Shown here: positions 56,782 to 64,000 of the stretch, one piece after another
Layout: every line of letters starts with the position of its first letter
Numbering within the stretch: the first letter of the stretch is position 1
NCBI GenBank assembly: GCA_963755705.1
Contig: CAVWKW010000001.1
Span: forward strand, 165,884 to 229,883
Origin: an uncultured delta proteobacterium
Lineage (GTDB): Bacteria; Desulfobacterota; Binatia; Binatales; Binataceae
Direction of reading: 5' to 3'
DNA length: 64,000 nt
Made by a program: the position numbers and the translations under genes
Notes under the pieces: model-generated
Told to the model about the DNA's origin: nothing
What the model saw: only the letters and a program-made list of their open reading frames with translations
Databases searched by the model: none

Positions 56782-58416
56782 TTGCGCAATTCGAAAACTG
56801 CGATCGTCTGTATCTCTCTGGTGGCCACCATCATTCTCGCGGCGATGACGCGATCCGCACGCGCCGCGCAGTCGCCTCCGGCTGGCGATCCGGCGCTCGC
56901 CGCCGCCGATCGGATCGAGCAGCTCGCCACTGAGCGCTTTGGCGCTCTGAGTGCGGCCGAGCGGATGACGGTGCGGGCGGCGCCGCAGCGCCAACTCAAG
57001 TGGCTCGGCCCCGCAGCCGGTCCGGACAATCCGGTCAACGACCTGGCGCTGGCCGGTAAGTGGGGACCCGAGCGCACGGTTCGCGCCGACATTGTGCGCT
57101 GGCTCTATGCTGATCCGCAGGTTTACGCGCTGATGGATCAGAGCGGACTTGGAATTGCCGGCGCGCGAATCTCCGGCGAACTGGATTTTTCATATCTTGG
57201 AATCGACAAGCCGATCACGATTTTCCAATGCTACATTCCCGATGGAGTCAACGCGTCAAACTCGAACCTGCGCAGTCTCGATCTGCGCGCCAGCCGCACC
57301 GGGACAGTAAACGCCGACGTGGCGACGATCGACGGCGACCTCGATCTGCAATTTGGCCGCTACGCGACGTTAAGCATCTTCCGGACGAAGATCACCGGCA
57401 GCCTCGATTTGTCGGGCGCGCACGTGAGCGGCGCGGATACGGACGCGATCTCGGCGCAGGAGGCAAGAATCGGCGACGACGCGGAATTCGATCAGGGGTT
57501 CACGACCGACGGAACGGTCGATTTCAGGCTGGCGCGAATCGGCCAGTCGCTGAGCTTCAAGGATGCGAAGTTTTCGGGAACTGGCGCAAACGGGCTCGAC
57601 GCCGACCGCGCACAAATCTCCGGTCCTCTCTATTGGGACGGTATCAAGCACACGCCGCAGACGATTCTTGATCTTGCAGACACTACCGCGCAGGAACTCT
57701 ACGACGATCGCGAGAGTTGGCCCGCGCCCGGAAACCTGGACGTCAATGGGTTCGTTTACAACTCGATTATCGGCGGTCCCGCTACCGGCGCCGAACGGTT
57801 GCAATGGCTCGCGTTGCAGCCCGCTGGATATCGCCCGCGTCCCTTCCGCCAGCTTGCGAAAGTGCTGCGAGAGGAAGGGCGCGACGACGGCGCGGTCGAG
57901 GTGCTGATCGCCCAGCGTGTCGCGCAGCGCCGCTTCGGGCATCTGAGCGCATCCGAACGCGCGTGGAACCTGATGCTCGAGGCGACCATCGGCTACGGCT
58001 ACAAGCCGCTGCGCGCGCTGTGGTGGATCGGAGGATTCGTGATCCTGGGCGCGCTTTTGTTCGGCGCCGGATATCGAATGCGCGTGATCACGCCTACCGA
58101 CGCGGCCGCCTACGAAGTCTTCGAGCGCTCGGGCGATACGCCGCGGCATTATCCGCCGTTCAACGCGCTAGTTTATTCGTTGGAAAATTTTTTGCCGGTG
58201 GTCGATCTGCATCAGGGAATGTTCTGGCGCCCGAACCCGCGCCATCCCGCGCGCTCACGCGCCGCGCAGGCGCGTAATACGGCTTCAGATTCCGCTGGCT
58301 CGGGGACTCTCAGCGCAACGCTTCTGCGGTGGTACCTGTGGCTGCATATTCTGGCCGGATGGATCCTGACGCCGCTGCTGTTCGCGGGACTGTCGGGATT
58401 GATTCGGCCGGACTGA
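56782..58416 (+). CDS. Secreted/membrane protein with pentapeptide-like repeats and C-terminal TM segments (TTG start proposed)
   Basis: Signal peptide (M)RNSKTAIVCISLVATIILAAMTRSARAAQ. Central A(D/N)LxG-type repeats. Hydrophobic C-terminus. Confidence 0.45.
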   Translation: MRNSKTAIVCISLVATIILAAMTRSARAAQSPPAGDPALAAADRIEQLATERFGALSAAERMTVRAAPQRQLKWLGPAAGPDNPVNDLALAGKWGPERTVRADIVRWLYADPQVYALMDQSGLGIAGARISGELDFSYLGIDKPITIFQCYIPDGVNASNSNLRSLDLRASRTGTVNADVATIDGDLDLQFGRYATLSIFRTKITGSLDLSGAHVSGADTDAISAQEARIGDDAEFDQGFTTDGTVDFRLARIGQSLSFKDAKFSGTGANGLDADRAQISGPLYWDGIKHTPQTILDLADTTAQELYDDRESWPAPGNLDVNGFVYNSIIGGPATGAERLQWLALQPAGYRPRPFRQLAKVLREEGRDDGAVEVLIAQRVAQRRFGHLSASERAWNLMLEATIGYGYKPLRALWWIGGFVILGALLFGAGYRMRVITPTDAAAYEVFERSGDTPRHYPPFNALVYSLENFLPVVDLHQGMFWRPNPRHPARSRAAQARNTASDSAGSGTLSATLLRWYLWLHILAGWILTPLLFAGLSGLIRPD

Positions 58417-58633
58417 TTAGACCTTGAGGCTTCGTTTGCGGCCGACAGCTCCCCCGATCACCAGCCCAACCGCCGCGCCGATTGCGAGCCAGACTCCAAG
58501 ATTCTGGAGAGCGAAGCCGACGGCGGCGCCAATCGCGGCTCCGAGAATTATCCCGGAGCAAATGGAAGAGCTTTGTTTCATACCCTCAGGATATCAGGCG
58601 TTCCGCGTTAATCGATCGAGAAATTTTCGAGGC

Positions 58634-59324
58634 TCAGTCGTCGCGTGAGAACGCCGAAGCCATCGCCATGAAGCGCTCGTGGCCAACGGCGATGAACACA
58701 CCCTCGGCCTCGGCGGTCAGCTTGCCTTCGCATGAGACGGTCCCGAGCGTGAAAATCTTGCGTCCTTCGACTCGGTCAACCCGCGCGTCGAACACCAGCT
58801 CCTTGAGCAGGGGGGTCGGACGCCGATAGCGCACGGTGAGCGTGCCGGTCATGCCGGGATTCCCGGTCAGCGACTGCGCCATCCCGAGCACCTCGTCGAA
58901 CGCGGCGGCCAGATAACCGCCGTGGACGTGGCCGGGCGGGCCTTCGTATGCGACGCCGAAAGTCGCGCGGCCCTCGACCCGATCGCCAACTACCGCGAGC
59001 CGAATTGGCGGCGCCAGCGGATTCGCCATCCCGATAAGTGGACTGTGATCGAAAAATACGTGCGTGTCGCCTGCGTTGGCGGCTTCCGCCCATCCTTCGT
59101 ACACCCGCGTAGTTGGATATTTCGCCAGGCGATCGGCATATTTCTCCAGCGCGTCGGCGGCGGTGCGCAGGTCCTCTTCGGGCGCGGCGACCTGCACCAG
59201 GTGATCGATCACGCGGCGCATCGCGTTCGCGATCCGCTGCGCTTGGGCGCGCCGGCCGGTCGCGGGGACCTGCGACTGAGACCATATGGTTTCGAAATCG
59301 AAATTGTACGGCTTTTCATTCATG
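58634..59324 (-). CDS. PaaI-family thioesterase (hotdog fold)
   Basis: GHVHGGYLAAAFDEVLGMAQ. Start at MASSMNEKPYNF; upstream part of the track ORF is antisense noise. Confidence 0.7.
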
Positions 59325-59338
59325 GATGACGCCATCGG

Positions 59339-60118
59339 GTGCGGATGCCAGAATCGTACATGCGCACTATTCGCGGGTCTATGCGGGTTACACTGCGGAT
59401 TGTGGCCGCGGCGGGGTTGAGCCTCGCCTTCACGGCTAATGGAGCGGTTGCACAAAGTATAATGCAGGCGCCTTCTCCCGGCGGCGAGCAGAACGCGCCC
59501 CGATTCGCGCCGCCGCCGCAATCGACAGCCACGCCCGCGCTGCCCGAAGGCGCCACCTTGCAAATCGCGCCCGCGCCGCAGCCGTCCGCCCCGGCGCCAA
59601 TATCCGCGCCGCCCGCCGCACCGAGCGTGGCGCCGCCGCCCCCGATGATGACGCAAACGGCTCCGGTTTTGCCCGCAGTGTTTCGCGGATGCTGGGAAGG
59701 CGAGGTCACACTGCTCGATACGCTCGAGCGCATGCCGGGCGGGCACAAGGTCGGCTACTGGACCCCAAAAACCTATAGGCTCTGCTACCGCAGGGTCGGC
59801 GACGGACCGTTCACGCTGACCTTCAGCGAAACCGGAATCGAGCCGACCGACAAGATCATCCATGCGCACGGCCAGGTCGATACGCTGGCGACCGACGGGA
59901 GAGTATACGCGCGCCTGCGCTCGCAGCTTGGGTTCGACGAGTTCCGGGTCGAGCCGGGCCAAAATGGCGGCACGTTTCATGTCGATGAGACCACGATGCT
60001 CGACTGCCGGATCCAGAACGGTGCAATGACTGTCGCGGCCAGCGTGTACGGCACTCGCGACGGAGCGCCGTGGTTTCGCGCGCGATGGCGCGCGCTGTTC
60101 CGCCCGGTGGCGCAATAA
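59339..60118 (+). CDS. Secreted hypothetical protein with Pro/Ala-rich linker
   Basis: Signal peptide MRVTLRIVAAAGLSLAFTANGAVAQS, PAPQPSAPAPISAPPAAPSVAPPPP linker, and C-terminal globular domain with two Cys. Confidence 0.45.
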   Translation: MRMPESYMRTIRGSMRVTLRIVAAAGLSLAFTANGAVAQSIMQAPSPGGEQNAPRFAPPPQSTATPALPEGATLQIAPAPQPSAPAPISAPPAAPSVAPPPPMMTQTAPVLPAVFRGCWEGEVTLLDTLERMPGGHKVGYWTPKTYRLCYRRVGDGPFTLTFSETGIEPTDKIIHAHGQVDTLATDGRVYARLRSQLGFDEFRVEPGQNGGTFHVDETTMLDCRIQNGAMTVAASVYGTRDGAPWFRARWRALFRPVAQ

Positions 60119-60130
60119 CGATTCGCGGGT

Positions 60131-60628
60131 TCAGTTGACGCCGCCGATGCCGCTCGCACGCGAAGCCCCGCGCGCGATCGCGTCGAAGAGCCGCGCGTAA
60201 TTCAGAAACCAGACAGTCAATAATCCGGTCCCGATAGCGACCGAGAACGGATAAAAGATCGTAGGATGATCCATCACCAGCGGCAGCAGCGCGATCGCCA
60301 GCGCGGGCGGAATGTGCAAATCAAAGGACCGCAGAACCACGATACCCCACACCATCGCGGCCGCCGCCGCACCCGCATTCGCTCCGAACGCGCGCAGGCA
60401 GATTAAGCCTCCCGCCGCGGTAAGAAAGCACGCGATTGGCAGCGACAGCGGACGCCGCGCCCACGGACAGATGTTAGGATGCCCGAGCATCTCGTATGCG
60501 ATCACCACCAGCGGCGGGAACAGAATAAAGCGCAGCCCGGTGAGATCGACCGCGACCATCGCTATCGCGACGAACAGCAGCAGCGCCCATAGCCATCGCG
60601 ATCCCGACGGCGCCGATTCAAGCATGTT
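60131..60628 (-). CDS. Hypothetical membrane protein (possible HPP family), paralog 1
   Basis: 4-5 TM. LHIPPALAIALLPLV. Similar architecture to the upstream neighbour. Confidence 0.4.
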   Translation of the reverse strand, partial: NMLESAPSGSRWLWALLLFVAIAMVAVDLTGLRFILFPPLVVIAYEMLGHPNICPWARRPLSLPIACFLTAAGGLICLRAFGANAGAAAAAMVWGIVVLRSFDLHIPPALAIALLPLVMDHPTIFYPFSVAIGTGLLTVWFLNYARLFDAIARGASRASGIGGVN

Positions 60629-61157
60629 GTTCAACGGCGTCTTCGCCCGCCGCCGGTTCCCGGTTGCGCCGCGCGAGCAGACGACCAGAATCCAGATAGC
60701 TCCATCCAATCGAAAGCGCGGCGAGAAGTGTAGTGCCGAAGAGGATGCCCGGCGGATACCACCAGCTCTTGACGCCGAGCACCAGTGGCAGCAACCCCGC
60801 CGAGATCGCCGGAGCGATCGGCGAGCGCATCGCAGCGATCACAATCAGCGCGCCGCCCACCGTCAGCATCACGGAGAAAAATCCGTAGAGCAAAGTTCGG
60901 GTCACGATTATACCGATGATCGCGGTGAGTATCGGTGTCACGACCAGCGCGACCGGTGCGCGCGCCCAGCTTCCGCGCGGCCGCGTCAGGACATCGTGCG
61001 ACAGCGCCCCGAGCTCCGGAAACATCACGTAAACCGCGCCGGTCGCGAAAGCCACTTGCGCAACAATCGCGATGTAAACCAGCGCGCCGATTTCCGCGGC
61101 GAGCCGTGAGCGACGCTGTGACGAGCCTTCGGGAGCGATATCTTCGGCCATGTTCAA
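60618..61157 (-). CDS. Hypothetical membrane protein (possible HPP family), paralog 2
   Basis: AISAGLLPLVLGVKSWWYPPGILFGTTLLAALSIGW parallels ALAIALLPLVMDHPTIFYPFSVAIGTGLLTVWFLNY in paralog 1. Confidence 0.4.
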   Translation of the reverse strand: MNMAEDIAPEGSSQRRSRLAAEIGALVYIAIVAQVAFATGAVYVMFPELGALSHDVLTRPRGSWARAPVALVVTPILTAIIGIIVTRTLLYGFFSVMLTVGGALIVIAAMRSPIAPAISAGLLPLVLGVKSWWYPPGILFGTTLLAALSIGWSYLDSGRLLARRNREPAAGEDAVEQHA

Positions 61158-61474
61158 GCGAGGAACCGGTCGAGGGTCACGACTAGTTCCTTGATCTTTG
61201 CCTGCGCGCCGCGGCGCATGATCGCATCGCTCACGCAGCTTTCGAGATGATCGCGAACTATAAGCAGCGCGAGCCGGTCCAGCGCGCGGCGCACGGCCGA
61301 GATTTGCTGCAAGACATCGATACAGTACGCATTGTCACCAAGCATCCGCTTGATCCCGCGTAACTGGCCCTCGGCGCGTTCCAGGCGCGCAGCCAGGTCC
61401 AGCCGCAAACGCTCGGGACGGGCGTGGGATTTCTTCTTCGCCTGCGCGGAGATTAACTCTTTGCCTTCAGGCAT
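61154..61474 (-). CDS. csoR: CsoR/RcnR-family metal-sensing transcriptional repressor
   Basis: RLERAEGQLRGIKRMLGDNAYCIDVLQQISAVRRALD (x-Y-C...H/C ligand pattern). Divergent from the P-type ATPase. Confidence 0.8.
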   Translation of the reverse strand: MPEGKELISAQAKKKSHARPERLRLDLAARLERAEGQLRGIKRMLGDNAYCIDVLQQISAVRRALDRLALLIVRDHLESCVSDAIMRRGAQAKIKELVVTLDRFLA

Positions 61475-61498
61475 TTGCCTTTGCTCCTCTTTCACCAG

Positions 61499-61533
61499 AT
61501 ACTCCCGGAGAGTACCATACTGATGGGGGGTAT
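61499..61533. promoter_or_regulatory. CsoR-box-like operator in the csoR-copA divergent intergenic region
   Basis: ATACTCCCGGAGAGTACCATACTGATGGGGGGTAT. The reverse complement ATACCCCCCATCAGTATGGTA resembles the B. subtilis copZA operator ATACCCTACGGGGGTATGGTA. Confidence 0.45.
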
Positions 61534-61559
61534 TACAGCTTTTTCTCCAGAGGCGCCTT

Positions 61560-63935
61560 TTGATGGACCACTCGCATCACGGATCGCACCCTCACGCCGG
61601 ACCCGCGGGCGCGGCCGCCGTTCCGCCCGCGGTCGGAATCGATCCGGTCTGCGGTATGGAAGTTGATACCGCCGCGACCGATCGCGTCATCGTGCATGAG
61701 GGGATCTCCTACCACTTCTGTAGCGACAAGTGCGTGGCGCGCTTCAAGGCGAATCCGCAGGAGTTCGTCTCCGAGGCGGCGGCGTCCGCCGAACAGAAAT
61801 CCGCCGTACGCGCCGCCGCGGCGCCGCCCGGAACGAAGTACATCTGCCCGATGCATCCGGAGATCGTCCGCGACGCGCCCGGAGCCTGCCCCATTTGCGG
61901 GATGGCGCTCGAACCGATGTCTCCGCTTGCGGCTGGTGAGGAAGAGAGTCCCGAGCTCGCCTACATGACGAAACGCTTTTGGGCCGCGCTAGTGCTGACG
62001 ATCCCGGTCCTCGCGCTCGGGATGCTGCCTCAGGCGTGGGTCGCGCGCGTGGTCCCGATGACGGTCGCGCCGTGGCTGATGCTCGCACTTGCGACTCCGG
62101 TCGTGATTTGGGCTGGCGCGGCGTTCTTCGAGCGCGGCTATGCCTCGCTCAAGTCGATGAATCTCAACATGTTCACGCTGATCGCAAGCGGCGTTGGCGT
62201 GGCTTACGGGTACAGCGTAGTCGCAACGGTATTTCCGGAGATCTTTCCACCCGCGATGCGCGATGCGTACGGAATGATTCCGACCTACTTCGAGGCGGCG
62301 GCGTCGATCACCGTGCTGGTGCTGCTCGGCCAGGTGCTCGAATTGCGCGCGCGCAGCCGCACCAGCGGCGCGATTCGGGCGCTGCTCGGCCTGGCGCCGC
62401 GGACCGCGCGTCGGCTCGCGGATGACGGTACGGAATCCGACGTGCCGCTCGACGCGGTGCATCCGGGCGATCGTCTGCGCGTTCGTCCGGGAGAAAAGGT
62501 CCCCGTCGATGGAGTCGTGCTCGAGGGCACGAGCGCGATCGACGAGGCGATGATCACCGGAGAGCCGATTACGGTCGAAAAGAAACCCGGCGACCGGGTA
62601 ATCGGCGCGACCGTGAACGCCACCGGCGGCTTCGTGATGCGGGCCGAGCGCGTCGGCGCTGAAACGCTGCTCGCGCAAATAGTCGCGATGGTGTCTGCGG
62701 CGCAGCGCAGCCGCGCGCCGATTCAGCGTCTCGCCGACCGCGTAGCGGCGTGGTTCGTACCGAGTGTCGCCGCTGCGGCGATTGTTACCTTCGTCGTTTG
62801 GCTCGCCGCGGGGTTCGGGCTGGGCCATGCGGTCGTCAATGCGGTCGCGGTGCTGATTATCGCCTGCCCGTGCGCGCTCGGTCTCGCAACTCCGATGGCG
62901 ATCATGGTCGGCACCGGACGCGGCGCAAGCGAAGGCGTGCTGGTGCGCAACGCGGAGGCGCTCGAGATTTTAGAAAAAGTCGACACGCTTTTGATCGACA
63001 AGACCGGCACGCTGACCGAGGGCCGTCCGCGGCTTGCGCAGGTGATGACACTGGACTCTGCCGATCAGAACGAGATGCTGCGGCTTGCCGCGAGCCTCGA
63101 GCGCGGCAGTGAGCATCCTCTTGCCGCGGCAATTTTCGCAGGAGCGTCTGAACGCGGACTCGCGCTCGACGAAGCGGCAGGCTTTCGCGCGATTGCCGGC
63201 AAGGGCGTGACCGGTGTTGTCTCGGGACGCAGCGTTGCACTCGGCAACGCCGCCCTGTTCGCAGAGCTTAAGATCGATGCTTCCGCGCTCGAGGCGCGCG
63301 CTGACGCGCTTCGGCGCGACGGACAGACCGTGATGCTGATCGCGATCGACGGACACGCCGCCGGTGCGATCGGCGTAAGCGACCCGCTCAAGTCCTCGAC
63401 CGCCGAGGCGGTTCGCGCGCTGCACGGCGAGGGGCTGCGGATCGTGATGCTGACGGGGGACAATCGCGCGACAGCCGCCGTGGTCGCGGCGAAGGCGGGC
63501 GTCGATGATTTTCGCGCAGAGGTCTTGCCTGACGCGAAAGCGGCCGAGGTCAGGCGGCTTCAATCCGAGGGACATGTCGTCGCGATGGCGGGCGACGGAA
63601 TCAACGACGCGCCCGCTTTGGCGCAAGCGCAGGTCGGAATCGCGATGGGCACCGGCACCGATGTCGCGATGGAGAGCGCCGGCGTGACGCTGGTGCGCGG
63701 TGATTTGCGCGGGATCGTGAAGGCGCGGCGGCTCTCGCGCGCGACCATGCGCAATATCCGGCAGAACCTGTTCTTCGCGTTTATCTACAACGTGCTCGGT
63801 GTGCCAATTGCGGCGGGGGTGCTTTACCCGTTCTTCGGATTGCTGCTGAGTCCGATTATCGCGAGCGCTGCGATGAGCCTCAGCTCCGTCTCCGTGATCG
63901 GAAACGCGCTGCGGCTGCGCCGCGTCCAGCTGTGA
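61560..63935 (+). CDS. copA: Copper-translocating P1B-type ATPase
   Basis: His-rich N-terminus, TRASH/YHS-like CGMEVD...FCSDKC, and metal-binding CPICGM. CPC in [25 protein letters not shown]. Confidence 0.9.
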   Translation: MMDHSHHGSHPHAGPAGAAAVPPAVGIDPVCGMEVDTAATDRVIVHEGISYHFCSDKCVARFKANPQEFVSEAAASAEQKSAVRAAAAPPGTKYICPMHPEIVRDAPGACPICGMALEPMSPLAAGEEESPELAYMTKRFWAALVLTIPVLALGMLPQAWVARVVPMTVAPWLMLALATPVVIWAGAAFFERGYASLKSMNLNMFTLIASGVGVAYGYSVVATVFPEIFPPAMRDAYGMIPTYFEAAASITVLVLLGQVLELRARSRTSGAIRALLGLAPRTARRLADDGTESDVPLDAVHPGDRLRVRPGEKVPVDGVVLEGTSAIDEAMITGEPITVEKKPGDRVIGATVNATGGFVMRAERVGAETLLAQIVAMVSAAQRSRAPIQRLADRVAAWFVPSVAAAAIVTFVVWLAAGFGLGHAVVNAVAVLIIACPCALGLATPMAIMVGTGRGASEGVLVRNAEALEILEKVDTLLIDKTGTLTEGRPRLAQVMTLDSADQNEMLRLAASLERGSEHPLAAAIFAGASERGLALDEAAGFRAIAGKGVTGVVSGRSVALGNAALFAELKIDASALEARADALRRDGQTVMLIAIDGHAAGAIGVSDPLKSSTAEAVRALHGEGLRIVMLTGDNRATAAVVAAKAGVDDFRAEVLPDAKAAEVRRLQSEGHVVAMAGDGINDAPALAQAQVGIAMGTGTDVAMESAGVTLVRGDLRGIVKARRLSRATMRNIRQNLFFAFIYNVLGVPIAAGVLYPFFGLLLSPIIASAAMSLSSVSVIGNALRLRRVQL

Positions 63936-63940
63936 GCGAT

Positions 63941-63961
63941 TGTTTCACGTGAAACATTTTT
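63941..63961 (+). terminator. Rho-independent terminator after copA
   Basis: TGTTTCAC-GTGAAACA palindrome followed by TTTT. Confidence 0.6.
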
Positions 63962-64000
63962 CATTCATGGGTTCGTTTGATTATCGCGGCGTTGTCCGAG

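Overview
This is a high-GC (~65%) bacterial chromosomal segment. Outer-membrane NodT/TolC-type lipoprotein genes suggest a Gram-negative organism. The left end carries a phage-like gene (truncated at the window edge), an IS1/IS1595-family transposase and a HicB-like gene. Housekeeping ppa and eno follow. Two tandem fluoride (crcB-motif) riboswitches come next, each with an overlapping terminator-type expression platform. The first controls a DUF190/CBS-domain gene plus crcB. The second controls a complete six-gene complex-I-like Ehr operon (NuoH, HyfE, NuoM/N, NuoCD-like large, NuoB-like small and NuoL-like subunits). The large subunit has lost both N-terminal [NiFe] cysteines (R-I-S-G-T-S instead of R-x-C-G-x-C) and the C-terminal cysteine motif. 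The small subunit has only partial Fe-S ligands. Downstream is an uncharacterised four-gene operon: a double C2CH zinc-module protein, a calcineurin-like metallophosphoesterase, a HEAT-repeat protein, and a dynamin-like GTPase whose C-terminus repeats the same zinc modules. Next come an MFS transporter and an integrative mobilizable-element-like block: XRE and a frameshifted ImmA gene, a DUF2274-like gene, an RHH gene, a TraD-like coupling protein, a MobF relaxase-helicase, an excisionase-like gene and a tyrosine integrase. The integrase ends 16 bp upstream of a tRNA-Sec (selC, anticodon UCA), which is an atypical orientation. The right half is mostly metabolic and efflux genes. These include CinA, DoxX, a hydrolase, Mug glycosylase, thioesterases, D-aminoacylase, a histidine kinase, LLM oxidoreductase, acyl-CoA dehydrogenase, a Rieske oxygenase, a thiolase with an HMG-CoA-synthase–DUF35 fusion, two RRM RNA-binding proteins, FUSC/HlyD/DUF1656 plus a NodT outer membrane protein, an ABC-2 exporter, a TPR protein and a pentapeptide-repeat protein. 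A 170-bp MITE-like element with hairpin termini abuts a HigA-like antitoxin fragment. The window ends with a divergent csoR–copA copper module and a CsoR-box-like operator. No CRISPR array or rRNA was seen.
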